Below are positions 1 to 64,000 of a DNA stretch of 64,000 nucleotides, in pieces. Both the position numbers and the translations under genes were made by a program. Positions within the stretch are counted from its first letter, which is position 1, and each line of letters opens with the position of its first letter. Below the pieces are notes generated by a model. The model saw only the letters and a list, made by a program, of their open reading frames with translations. It had not been told where the DNA came from and did not search any database. Origin of the DNA: Octopus bimaculoides (lineage: Eukaryota); assembly GCF_001194135.2 (NCBI RefSeq), contig NC_068993.1, positions 44,421,055-44,485,054 of the forward strand, given 5' to 3'.

Positions 1-770
1 AGGTTAATAAAACATGTACCAGTTGAGCACTAGTAGAAGATGGGGATGGATTTGACTTACTCCCTCCTCTAAAAGTGTTGGCCTTGTACCTAAATCAGAA
101 AGAATTGTTGTTATTATGTTTTTAAGTCTTATGTGAATTTCTATAACAGCACCAGATGCATCTCTGTAATGTCTGCACCATTGTCTTTCAAGAATGTAGA
201 ATTGTGTTAGTATTTGACATCAGTTTTGCTTTGTTGCTTCCGGGCCTATTGTAAGTGTTTCATCCATTTACTGTGTAGAGTATGTATATTGTGAGTACTA
301 CTGTTGTTATTGTTGTAGTGATTCTTGTTGTTTTTTGCTTTTGTTAATGTTGTTGCTGCTGCTGCTGTTTTGTTATTGTTGTTGTTTTTTTGTTGTTGCT
401 GTTGTTGTTGTTGTTGTTGTTGTTGCTGCTGCTGCTGCGGCTGTTATGCAGTTCAGGTCAAACAATTGGCCAAACAACAATGTGCAACCCATAGACCTAT
501 CTCAGATTTGCAACCTGCAGATCCATGTCCAACTAGCTGAGTACCATACTGCACACACAGTAAAACATCATATCTTTTGTCTTTTACCTTACCTGTTTCA
601 GTCATTAGACTGCAGCCATCCTGGGGTACAGCCCTAAAGAATTTTTAGTTGAATGTATCAACCCCAGTACTTACATTTTGTTAAACCTAGTACTTATTCT
701 ATCATTCTCTTTTTGTCAAACCACTAGGTTATGGGAACATAAGCACACTACCACCAGTTGTCAAACACAG

Positions 771-805
<35 letters not shown>

Positions 806-1695
806 CACACATATACAGCAGGCTTCTTTCAGTTTCCAGCTACCAGATTTACTCACAAGGTTTTGGTTAGCCTGAGGTTATAGTAGAAGGCACTTGCCCA
901 AGGTGTCATGCTGTGAGACTGAACCCAGAACCATGTGGTCGGGAAGCAAGCTTCTTAATACACAGTGGTGCCATATGGAGCCATATGTAGTTTGTTGAGC
1001 ATATTGTGTACTCTTCAGTGTCCAGTCTATTTCTGTACACTAATACATTCTAGTGGTGACCACAACAGAGATGGACAAAGTGGACTTAGTCAGAGTCTGG
1101 TAATTGCTGGCCCACTTATTGCTGGTGGTGTGCATGCCTAATGCAGTGTTTGGAGCCAGCGAGGTTATTGAGGTCACTGCTCTTGTATGTATCATCATCA
1201 TCATCACCATCACCATCAGCAACAACAGCAGTACTTTATTGTCTCCATTTCCAAGCTTGCATGGGTTGGATGGAATTTGTTGTTGTTGATTTTCTATAGT
1301 CGGATGCCCTTCCTCTCACCAACCTTCACCTGTTTCCAAACAAGTAACAACTTCCAGATTCTAATTTTCTCTTTTTTCCTTCTTTTCTTCCTTCATCGTC
1401 CAACGTACTGTCTCGTAGCATTGCATTTTCCAACGGTTTTTTCAAATAAGATATGTAGCAATCTTCTCTACTCGCAGTTGTCACATAAGGTTGTAATGTC
1501 TTATGGTTAAGTTGGTTCTTATGAATTTCCCTGAAGAGAAGATTACATCTTTATCAATGTCACTCATTCCTTTGGAATGGACCATTTGTAATCTTCGAAA
1601 CATATGTCGGAAATAAAAGTAATCATTTAACATATGCGTATAACTCCATTTATTAAATTTTATATATATATATACATATATATATNNNNNNNNNN

Positions 1696-1740
<45 letters not shown>

Positions 1741-2536
1741 GTGGGTTTCTGCATAATTTCCATCAACCAAATTCCGTTCACATTGGTCAACGCAAGACTA
1801 CAGTGAGAGACATGTGCACAATGAAATCAAACATAGAACCACATGGCCATGAAATGAACTCCATAACTACACAGCTATGCTTCTTATTGCTCAGAAAAAC
1901 CAGTAGGATCCTGTGGTTGGGTTTCATTCTGCCATGCTTACCTCTCTTCTTCTAAACATTTGATTTATGTGCTCCAATCAAAAGAAATCAATAATGGTCG
2001 ATTGCATAGTACTCACTTTTTACTTTATTTTAGAAGCAAAAGATGAAGGGGAGAGGCAGAGACAGATAGAGAGAGGGAAAAAGAAAGAGAATGAAAAAAA
2101 TATCAGATGGACAGAGTAAAAGAGAGACACAAACAGAGAGACTGACTGAATTACTAGAGAATGGGACAAAAGGAAAGAATGAAAGAGATAAAACCGGAAA
2201 GATGCAAGCAGACATAGAAAGAGAGAGAGAGAGAGAGAGAGAGTAAGATGGAAAATGGAAAAAATAATTTAAAAGCAATAGTCAATAATGAAAGGAAGAA
2301 AAATAAGAAAAATAAAGATTAAGAGACAATAATAGAGATTTCTTGCACTGAAGTGTACACAATATGTGCTGACACGTAGATATGGGAGATTTCGCTACAT
2401 AACTCCTACGCTAACAGCAGGTCTGACTTTGCAGAAAAGGAAGGGAGAGAGAGGTGTACATTTATTGATTCTGTTGATACATATATATCTATATACATAT
2501 ATATATACACAGATATACCCTCACACACACATGTAT

Positions 2537-2592
<56 letters not shown>

Positions 2593-4766
2593 AATATATA
2601 TGTACACATATATATATATATAAATATATATATGTACATATATAAGTGTATATATATGTGTGTGTGTATATATATATACATATATATACATTTATGTGTG
2701 CATGTATATATATATATATATATATATAAATGGCTACAAGCAGGCACTGGTAACTATCAAATATAAATTAGAGATAATAAGATAAATAAAATAAAATATA
2801 TAAATAAAAAATAAATAGGTAGATAAATAAATAAATCATTGAAACCAAGTAAATGGGTATTTCCTCCTTTTAACTTTGATTTTAATTATGTTTTATTTCT
2901 GACATCAACCTCACTCCCATTCAACCCAATCTTTCATTTTTTTTGTCTTTGAAAATGTTATCCAATTGTTAACTGGAAATTCTAAAAGAAAAAAAAGTAA
3001 ACAAAAAATGTCTGTTATAAACTCAGAAAAATAAAAACACACACCCGTACATACATACATACATACACACATACATGTATGTACTATATTTTTGCATTTG
3101 GTTTTACTCATGCTTAGAAGAATTGCTGCTTAATGGGAAATCAATATAAATTTCCAAATTGTTTTTGCTGTGTTTGTTTCCTGTTTCAACCAATCAGATC
3201 ACCCTTACAAACATCTTATTTGTAAAAGTCACTTTAAGACCAGGAACCACTCTCATCACCATTAGCTTCAGTAGTAGTAGCAGCAGCAGCAACAACAACA
3301 ACAACAACAACAGCAACATTTAATAGCATTCCTTGATATTGAATTAGAAGATTGCAAAATTATCTGTAACATGAACTGAAAACTGGTTAGGTAAAGCAAA
3401 TAGGTTCTGTGACCTCAATAATATTTGCTAGTATCGGAAGTGGGTCTGATGATGATAATATATTGGATTTAGAACTCTAAATGGAGTGGAAGAATTACAG
3501 AGAACTAATATCTATAGTGTTAGGCACAATAAGCACCATGAGATGAAAAAAATGCAACAAATCTGTCAATGAAACCAAAGCCATGTATTACATTTATTGC
3601 ATGAATTGTAATCACTGGTACCAATTTTTTGCTACAGGATGACCGCTTCTCGTTATGTCATACTATAAATTGTTTCTGATACTTAACAATGATAATTTGT
3701 CAGTCACTTGGCCCAGCATGATAGGTTACTCTACAAATATGCTCTGTTTAGTCCTGTGCACCGTTATGTTCTTGTCAGTAGTACCTATCTTTTATATTTT
3801 TGTTTTAACATTGTTTACAGTCTTTTTTAAAACAATTTTGCCCCAAATAAGGCTTAAAGCCACTGTACATGAAGAACTATGAAGAAGAAAAAAGAAAGGG
3901 TCCTAAATTTTTTTTTAAATGGTGATTGACAGAAAACTTAAAGGACTGAATATCATAGACCAGAAGAAAACAAGATGGTGGTATTAAGTTCCAGAGAGCA
4001 ACAGTTCATGGAAAGAAACTATTGGAATAAAAGAACCTATGACTAGCAGGAAGCTCAACAGAAATGATACACCTCAGAAGAAAAGCAAGTAACAAGTTTA
4101 AAGGTTTTAACAGAGGTTAATAGACTAGAAAGTTCATCAGAGCAATAACTATGGAAGTACTTCCAACAGATTTATTGGTTTATGTTGGTCATCCTTGTTT
4201 GGATTCACTTGGTATAGAGTCAGTTTTATGATGGCATAGGGATTGTATCTGCTACACCAGCCACTGTAATTTCTAGCTCCTACTGCAATGCTCTGGTGGG
4301 TTTCTTAAACTATGGGCTTTCAGTATCCAGATCTTGAAAGCAAGTTGGAACTGCATTTTTTCTCTCTTTCTAAACAAGGCAAAGTGTTCTATATATCACT
4401 AGTCTATTACCAGTATTACCTCCCCTTATACAATTAATGACTTGCTAGACTTGGTTGCCATTTGAGAATGAGCTTTTAAAACCCAGTCTTGTATTCAGTT
4501 ACTTAATAGTGTAACAGTCAATTACCCATATAACTAAAGAATTCAAAAGACTCACTCTCCTAGCAAAAAACAAAAGTTTGGGATTGAGCATAATTTAAAT
4601 AATAAAAAATTGTAATGACTCTACATCTTGCATTGAATACTCATTCATCATTGTTTATGTGAGATGTATATAATATGTCGTCATCCTCCTCCTCTTCCTC
4701 AACATCCTCATCATCATCATCATCCCTTTTTCCGTGCTGCAGTTTAAAAAAGGTTTGACCCAGTGG

Positions 4767-6250
4767 GCTCTTTTGATGTAATGATGGGAGCTTACAACAG
4801 CACGGTCATCAGCGACCTTATAGGTCTGTATATTTTAGACACCTTGAAGAAGAGATTTCCATCAGTTCTCTTTGGTCTCTACAGCTCTGGTCATCTCTAG
4901 AGGAGCTAGCAGGCATACTCTCAATAGGCTTAGGAAGGAGCTAATTAGCACCCTTATCTCCACTGGAGTCAAGATAACAATTGAGACCAACCTCACCATT
5001 GTAAACTTTTTAGATGTTATGTCAGACCTGAGCTTCTGTTCTTACAGACACTACTGCTAACCTAACAAAAGGTTGACCTACATCAACACCACCTCCTGCC
5101 ACCCACCTACTGTGCTCAGGAACCTAGTGAAGGGTGTCAGTAAGAGAATCTCAAACATTATTCCAATGAGGTTCCGGCATCCAGTGGGTTTAAGGACTGC
5201 ATCTCCTACATGCCAGGCACTGGTACCTGCAAAAGGAAGTGCCACCATAATGTCGTTTGGTTTGCTACACCCTTCTCTCTCAATGTTAAAACCTGTATGA
5301 GAAGAATATTCCTTGGACTGGTGGACAAACATTTCACACAGTCACACAGATATGGACGTTTGTTTAATAGTCTCAACTTAAGGATATCCTTCAATTGTGT
5401 GCCCAACATTAAGAAAATTTTAATGAGAACTCCTAAGCTATGAGCAGAGGCAGAATGCTCATGTAGGGTATACAATGATTGCCCTATGGGAGTATAGGGT
5501 CAATGAAAAGCCAAGGGAGTAGTGTATGAGGCTCAGGTGATACCTGGCACTAGCAGCCAGATTAACAGCCTAAACAACAACACATCTGTTGACAACAACA
5601 ACAATTACAGTGGCGATGGCTGTGGCCAGAGTAATAGCTTAAGAAGCAATGATATATCAACCGACAATAGCAGCAATGACAACAATGGTAGTGGTGACAG
5701 CAGTGGCAATAGCAGTGCATTAAGCAGAAGAGACAATAATACCAACAGTTACAATGCCAGCAGCAACACCAATTTTGCAGCCAGAAATGGCTGCTATGCC
5801 AGCAGCAATGGAACCACCAGAATCATATCCAGGAATATCAACAATGGCAGTAACTCCAGCAATAGCAACAACAACATCAGACCCAGAGTTAACAAAAGAA
5901 ACATCAGTGGTGGTAGTACATCCAATACACAGACACAAATCCATGTCAGTTCAACCATGCTCTCCTTTAAGCAATGTTTCAACAACCACAAGTCCACTTT
6001 TAGGATACTGGAAAGGTGCAACATCACATCCCTGGATAACCACGTATGGCACTTAAAAGAGGAATTAACTCCATTGATGATTAAATGGAAGTTCCTTGAA
6101 TAACCGGGAACTTATATAAACAGGATCAAGCGATGTATGCTTTGCTTGGCAGAGAGGACAAGAGACCTAATAAATTTACTCAACCCAGGGACCTTTAAAA
6201 CTCCAGGAAAGAAGTATTTAGTCAATGCCTGCACCTAAAACATTTCCAAC
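4767..6250 (+). mobile_element. Degenerate Penelope-like retroelement (RT C-terminal part plus GIY-YIG endonuclease)
   Basis: Frame-broken peptides SFDVMMGAY..LIGLYILDTL, VNFLDV, YINTTSCHPP, VVWFATPFSLNVKT, FNNHKSTF..HVWHLKE..IKWK, CMLCLAE. Confidence 0.8.
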
Positions 6251-6529
6251 TACAAACTTAGAATTCCCCATTTGTTGAATAGCCCTTCTACAGCTCCTTT
6301 GAATATCACCGCGGCTGCAGCCAATGTAAGGGAGTTAAACCCATCCACCTACTGTACAGACAAATATTTTTTGTTTAAAAACTAACTGACCATGATGTAT
6401 TTTTACTTCCAGTAGTAGAGACGTTATCCACCATTGGCCACTTGAGTCTTGTGAGTTGTCTATACAGCAAAGCTCTATAGGTGCAAACCAAAGGGCACTC
6501 TATGACCAGCCATAACATTTAACTTCCTA

Positions 6530-6599
<70 letters not shown>

Positions 6600-7089
6600 A
6601 CGTATGTATGTATGTATGTNNNNNNNNNNNNNNNNNNNNNNNNNNNNNNNNNNNNNNNNNNNNNNNNNNNNNNNNNNNNNNNNNNNNNNNNNNNNNNNNN
6701 NNNNNNNNNNNNNNNNNNNNNNNNNNNNNNNNNNNNNNNNNNNNNNNNNNNNNNNNNNNNNNNNNNNNNNNNNNNNNNNNNNNNNNNNNNNNNNNNNNNN
6801 NNNNNNNNNNNNNNNNNNNNNNNNNNNNNNNNNNNNNNNNNNNNNNNNNNNNNNNNNNNNNNNNNNNNNNNNNNNNNNNNNNNNNNNNNNNNNNNNNNNN
6901 NNNNNNNNNNNNNNNNNNNNNNNNNNNNNNNNNNNNNNNNNNNNNNNNNNNNNNNNNNNNNNNNNNNNNNNNNNNNNNNNNNNNNNNNNNNNNNNNNNNN
7001 NNNNNNNNNNNNNNNNNNNNNNNNNNNNNNNNNNNNNNNNNNNNNNNNNNNNNNNNNNNNNNNNNNNNNNNNNNNNNNNNNNNNNNNNN

Positions 7090-7123
<34 letters not shown>

Positions 7124-8136
7124 TATACACACCCACACACATATATATATACATACATATACACAAATATATATATACACATATGTGTATATATATATAT
7201 ATATATATGTATGTATATATACACACACATATATAAACATACGTATATATATATATATATAAGTATATATGTATGTGTGTGTGTATGTGCATGTGTGTGC
7301 ATGCATGTGAGTGTATGAAATAAGAGTGCGAATTATCTCTTCTATTCAAATATATTCTAGGCCTATTTTTATTTCTGCTAAAAGAACAGAAACAAGCACA
7401 AGATAGTAAGCATTTATTCACTGACAACAATGCAACACACACAACATCTCATGTTACTGGACCCCTTCCACACCTCTTCTATTATTTCATAATCTTTTCA
7501 TGTGATCTCTTTACTAACAACAATACCAACTTTCTTAGCATAATACTTATTTACAGAGAAAGTAAGTTAAATGCATCTCACACCTACTTTGAAGTTTCCT
7601 TGTCACATGTGACCAAATGGAATCATATTTTGTGCTTTCTTTTTATTCATTTACTGATTTTGGTCATTAGACTTCAACTATCCTGGAGGAACTGACTTGT
7701 TATTGTTGTTGCTGATACATTTTTTATTCCATTTTTATATTCTTTTTCTTCTTCTTTTTTTAACATTTGAATATTTAGATAATTCTCTGAAACAAGGACT
7801 AGAAATTAAAGTTGTTTTCCAAGAAAGTGGGTATAAAGCTATATTTAAAACAATAGTTATGAGGATTTAAAGATTAATATAAATAACAAAAAAAGGAATG
7901 AAGATAAAAAACAATATAAATATGATAATGGTCGTCGTCATCATTATCGTTATCATTATCATTATCACCATCATGAATTTACATTGATTTAGTCTATTCT
8001 AACATGAGATGGATGATACTTATTGAGGTACAGCTGGTTGCCCTTCCTGTCACCAACCCTTATCTCATTTCAAGTAAATCATTTACTCACACACACACGA
8101 GCTTGATGGGCATCTTCGACTAGCAGGTCATGCTAC

Positions 8137-8179
8137 TCCAGACTGATGACGAGCAAAGACTCAGAAACATGTCTCTGGA
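8137..8179 (+). ncRNA. Minimal type-I hammerhead-ribozyme-like motif
   Basis: TCCAGA-CTGATGA-c-GAG caaaga CTC-a-GAAAC-at-GTC-TCTGGA: 6-bp stem I, canonical core, palindromic ACATGT stem III. Confidence 0.6.
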
Positions 8180-9824
8180 TGCAGGCTTAGCTGGGTGGAG
8201 GTGTTTATCCCCCCTTGTAAACATAAGGACACAGGAAACGTGTCAAGGCCAACAGGAAGCGGTGCAGCTTCCTATGTCTAACCAACAGTAGTATTATTCC
8301 CTTCAGGGGACTGTCACATTAAGTTGACAACATACAACTACTTCATTGTATCACTACTGCATAAATCTCTCTGAGAGATTTAGAAATGGTGAGCTAGAGG
8401 GCTGTGCCAAGCTCCAATGCTTTGGCATGGCTTCTACTGCTAGATGGCTTTCATAATGCCAACCACTTTACAGAGTGAGCTGGCTGGTATTTATGTACCA
8501 CTGACAACAGGGAGGTCATCAAGTAATTTGCAAGACATGACCTCTTAACTGAATGGATATAGTATTGAGGGAGGTGGCTTTTTGCCAGGTAATGAGAGGT
8601 TAAAGTATGATAGCAGGGCAGGAACAGGCATCTTGTTGTTAAGGAGATACATGGTTATCTCAATTGGAAAAGAAAGATCATGGTAAAGATGTCCCAGGGA
8701 AAATCTTCAAGCTACAAAGAGATGAATATTAGAGAAGGCAGAGCGAGGGAATAGATAAGTAAGTTTGCTAGAGTTTGGAAGGAGAGTGGCGGATGGACAG
8801 AAATGAGGTTCTGTCAAGTCTTCCCCCAACAATTCGTCAGTTTTCTTTGTTACCTTGTTTCCTTCTGTCACTTTCCCTCCACTGAACTGATATCCTCTAC
8901 ATCCAATTCATTCCTTATTTCTAATCATCTGTCTCACTATTTTCACTCGGTGTACTTACACATCTACCTTTTCTATTCCTCTATCCTATTCTGTCTCATA
9001 TTCACCTTGTACTTGGATCACCCTCTCTCTCTCTCTCTCTCTCTCTCCCCAAGACACCTGCTCCACTCCCTCTATCATAGTTTCTTATCCCTCCATTGTA
9101 TTCCCACTCAGTTGAGGAATCTTATTTATCTTGGTAATCTCACCGTTGTTGATGCCATGTAAAAAGTACCCTATACACTTCCTTAAGTGGTTGGCATTAG
9201 AAAGGGCATCAGCTGTAGAAACCATGCCAAAGCAGACATAGAGCCTGGCAGAGCCTTCTTGCTAATCTGTTCTTGTCAAAATGTCCAGCATGGAAAAGGG
9301 GACATTAAATTATGATCATGATCATGATCATGTATGTATTTCTGTTTGTGTATATGAATATGTATGTACATACATTTGTAACGATCTCTGAAATATAATC
9401 CAAAAGCCATTAATGAATAAAACAATTAATCAACATTTCTAGTTGTAGCCATTCCTTCTTAATTGAGAAACATGTTGTCTTAAAATCCATGGCTGACACT
9501 GTATGGCCTCTATTTAAAGATAATGATACAGAGATATTTGGCCATCTCAGTGTGACTTATCAAACAACAAAGGAGCCTTTCCTTGACCCAATGGAAATAG
9601 TAGTAAAATATATCTCCAATCACACCCAACTATCTTAAACAAATGGAAAAGAAATACAGTGTCTCTTTGCAACTTGATTTGTTACCTTGTCATCTGAAAT
9701 ATTTAAGGTTCCCAGCTCAGATCTAAATAATGATAGCATAAATCTTGCCCTGGTCTGTTTTTGCCTTTAGAAGCAGTGTTTTGTTACGCAGTTATTTATT
9801 GCTTTTGATACGTCTCTAATATAC

Positions 9825-10145
9825 AAACACACACACACACACACACACACATGTATGCACATGCACACATACGCATACACACATACATGCACTTGCACGT
9901 GCTTGTACACACATACTTACACACACATATACACACACACTCACACACATACACACACACATATACACACACACACAAATGCACACACACATACACACAT
10001 GCACACACACACAAATACACGTATATACATATGCACACACATACATATGCACACACATACATACTTGTACACACACTCACCCACATACTTACACATACAC
10101 ATACTTACACACACACACACACACACATGCACGTGAACACACATA
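9825..10145. repeat. Representative degenerate (CA/TA)n microsatellite field; similar tracts throughout (e.g. 2480-2730, 13769-13850, 22770-22960, 28235-28680, 32130-32460)
   Basis: Direct inspection. Confidence 0.95.
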
Positions 10146-10831
10146 TATTCATATGATTTTCTCTACCATATACAGACCTTCTTTATTTCTTTTGTCAGTT
10201 TCTTTTGTAACCGTCTGGCAATGCTAGAAATCAAAATTATTATTTAAAATACAAGTCATATACTCAGGTTGATATAAAACGATTAACCCCTTCCCCTCAA
10301 AACTGTCTACTTTGTACCTAAATTAAAAACAATCATTATTATTATTATTAGTGACATTTCATCTGTCTTTTCGTTCTACATTCAAATTCCACCTTTCATC
10401 CTTTCGGGGTCAATAAAATATGTACCAGTTGAGCACTAGGGTCGATGTAATTGACTTACACTAACCCCTAAAAATACTGGCCTTGTATCAAAATTTGAAA
10501 GCACTATCATTATTATTATTTTAAACCTTTGTATGTTATGCACGTCCCTTCTTTTTCAGTGTTTACCATGTATACTTTCTTTCACTTTTTTTTTATCATT
10601 TCATTATATGTAAACCCCAACACTTTATGTCTGTTGTTGTATTGTCCTCCTCATCCTTCCTCCTTGTGGCAAATAAATGAAATCATTATTATTATTATTA
10701 TTATTATTATTAGGTCAACTTTGCCTTTCATCCTTTCAAGGGCGATTAAATAAGTACCAGTTATGCACTGGGTTTGATGTAATTAAATTAATCCCTCCCC
10801 CCAAATTTGAGGCCTTGTGCTTCCAGTAGGA

Positions 10832-10874
<43 letters not shown>

Positions 10875-11194
10875 GGTCGACTTTACCTTTCATCCTTTCA
10901 GGGTCGATAAAATATGTACAAGTTGAACACTGGGGTCAATGTAATCAACTCATCCCCATTCCCAAAATTGCTGCCCTGGTGGCAAAACTTGAAACCGTTA
11001 TTATTATTACCTCCACCTTAGTGAAGGTGGTGGCATTGTTTACAGTCATGGTTGTCTGTTTGTTTGTCCGTGGACAAGATATCTCAAGAACTGCTGGATG
11101 GATTCGAATGAAACTTTCAGAGATATTTGGCCTCGTGACTGGCATGAACTGGTTAGATTTTGGAATCGATCTGGTACTGGACAAGGATTCTCAC

Positions 11195-12700
11195 TTAGCT
11201 TGCCAGGTCTTCTTAAGCACAGCTTATCTCCAAAGGTCTCGATTGCTTGTCATTGCCTCTGTGAGGCCCAACATTCAAAGGTCGTGCTTCACCACCTCAT
11301 CCCATGTCTTCTTGGGTCTACCTCTTCTACAGNNNNNNNNNNCCCATGTCTTCTTGGGTCTACCTCTTCTACAGGTTCCCTCCACTGTTAGGGTGTGACA
11401 CTTCTTCACACAGCTGTCCTCATCCATATGCATCACATGACCATACCAGCAAAGTTGTCTCTTTTGCACACCAAATCTGATGCTTTTTATGTCTAACTTT
11501 TCTCTTGGGGTGCTTACACTCTGTCGTGTATGTACACTGATATTACACATCCAACGGAGCATACTAGCTTCATTTATTTCAAGCCTATGCATGTCCTCAG
11601 CAGTCACAGCCCATGTTTCACTTATGTGTAGCATAGCTGTTCGCACATAGGCATCATACAATCTACCTTTCACTCTGAACGTGAGGCTTTTATTACCAGT
11701 GGAAGTAAAATCTCTTTGAACTTTGTGCAGGCTATTCTTATTCTTCAGGCTACACTTTCAGAGCATTCATCCCCACTACTAACTTGGTCACCTAGTGATG
11801 GAAGCTATCAACTACTTCTAGTTTTTCACCCTGTCATATGATGGAATCTATTTTCTGTACATCTTTGGTGTTTATTGCACCTGTGCATCTGCGACACACA
11901 AAAACTATCTTCCCAGTTAACCTTCCTCTGATATTGCTGCACCTCTTATGTGTTCATAGATTACACCAGGTACATCTTATGGAATTTCTACATACACCTT
12001 TTCTACAGAATGAGCAGGGCCATCTACCTGAAGGAATTTGTGATTTATCCATCTTCTTACTTACTAAGACTTTGGCTTTTGCTAGGTTAACTCTAAGGCC
12101 CTTCGATTCTAGTCCTTGCTTCCACACCTGAAACTTCTTCTCTAGTCCTGGTAATGACTCAGCTCTTAAAGCAAGGTCATCAGCAAGGAGAAGCTCCCTG
12201 GAGCAGCCTGTAGCATCAGTGGTGCTTTTCCCTGGCACAAACCCAAACTACATCTCATCTAAACTAACTTTCTCCTGAATTAACTGGGCTATGACCCTCT
12301 CCATGACTTCCATCATCTGATCCAACAATTTGATACCTCTGTAATTATTCCTATCTAAGGTGTCTCCTTTACCTTTGTAGCAGTTGACTATGGTGCTGCT
12401 ACAACAGTCATTGGGTATAACTCCTTTGTGTATCACCTGGTTAATTATATGGATGAAGAGACTATAGCCTACATCACCAGATATTTTAAGCATCTCAGCA
12501 GTGATTTCTGATGGGCCAGGGGCTTTTCCTATTTTCATACCCTTAATTGCTTTATCTACCAAGGTACTGTCAGTTCAGATAGCTGGTCCCTCTGTTGGGT
12601 CGACATTTGGCAGACTCTCTTTCTCCCATTCATTCTCTTCATTTAGCAACCTTTCAGAGTGGTGTCTCCAAGTCTCTCTCTTCTCCACTACAAAACCACT
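11195..12700 (-). mobile_element. RTE-clade LINE remnant (RT and C-terminus), 5'-truncated
   Basis: MKIGKAPGPSEITAEMLK, NYRGIKLLD, LLLADDLAL, VRTAMLHISETW, RGRPKKTWDEVVKHDL; frameshifts and deletions. Confidence 0.88.
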
Positions 12701-12864
12701 TTAAATATCTTTTAATAAGTGTATGATGAGACCTTTTTTTTTTCCACAAAATATACTTGTGAAATAAGTGTCTTATGCAAGAGCGCATCATACATACAGC
12801 AGCAAACATGGCATTAATTTTTTATTTTATTTTTCAATTACAGAATTAACAACATTTGTGAGAC

Positions 12865-63466
<50,602 letters not shown>

Positions 63467-63619
63467 GTATGGATGTCATTCTTTTTTTTTACTTTGGTTT
63501 CTTGAATGTATCAAGGGACATAAATAAAGCAACAGTTTTTCAAGTAGCATGGAGACAAACACAGATATAAAGACATACACACATATACATATATATATAC
63601 GCACATATATATATGTACA

Positions 63620-64000
63620 TATAAGTTTTTCTGGGCAGGGAACACTGACGGAGTCGGGGGCGTAGGAATACTTCTAGCAGAGAAATGGGTTGATAAGGTA
63701 ATCAAGGTAGTTAGAGTATGTGACAGAGTACTTAAGATTAGACTAGTGCTTCATCATAGGCTAGCTACTGTCATCTCAGCCTATGCCCCTCAACCGGGGC
63801 TCCCGGATGGGCTGAAAGACCAATTCTATGACACCCTCTTGCAAACTACCTCGTCGACAAGAGACAGAGACCTTCTCTTTGTGGCTGGTGACTTCAATGG
63901 TCATGTCGGACGTCGTGCTGGAGGCTTCCATGGCATACATGGAGGCTATGGCTTCGGTTCCCGCAACGAGGAGGGAACCAGACTGCTGGAGTTCTGTGAT
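63620..64000 (+). mobile_element. RTE-clade LINE, 5'-truncated within the APE endonuclease; open frame to window end
   Basis: 127 stop-free codons: YKFFWAGN..GVGILL..VISAYAPQ..FVAGDFNGHVG..GFGSRNEEGTRLLEFCD. Confidence 0.88.

Noticed and set aside
3620-3900. Candidate upstream exon after the acceptor-like ttttttgctacag
   Set aside because: No convincing donor or coding signal; the 5' UTR exon and promoter cannot be located from sequence alone.
5522-6103. 193-aa Asn/Ser-rich host gene
   Set aside because: Its ends match Penelope GIY-YIG fragments and the middle is trinucleotide-derived; no splice or domain support.
6475-7442. Long ORFs in the track (also 27784-28638, 30158-31093, 38419-39148, 49856-50389, 52664-53353, 53987-54614)
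   Set aside because: They consist of N runs and dinucleotide microsatellites.

Overview
AT-rich, microsatellite- and retroposon-dense animal DNA with many N gaps. The repeat landscape looks like an Octopus genome scaffold (inference). One protein-coding gene spans most of the window on the + strand. I traced 21 coding exons (12865-63466) by hand; all have GT-AG boundaries and join in frame into 1104 aa, and the gene continues past the right edge. The product is a stand-alone NRPS-like enzyme: adenylation (A), thiolation (T/PCP), thioester reductase (R1, extended SDR), then a second classical SDR (R2). This A-T-R-R layout is known from the fungal glycine betaine reductase ATRR, which converts betaine to choline. 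The A-domain pocket lacks the amino-acid-binding Asp and instead carries aromatic and acidic residues. The introns and upstream region hold remnants of Penelope-like, RTE and R4/Dong retroelements, mariners, Helitrons, hAT and piggyBac MITEs, several SINE families, minimal hammerhead-ribozyme-like motifs and a near-perfect 167-bp inverted duplication. Most long ORFs in the supplied track are microsatellite or gap artefacts.
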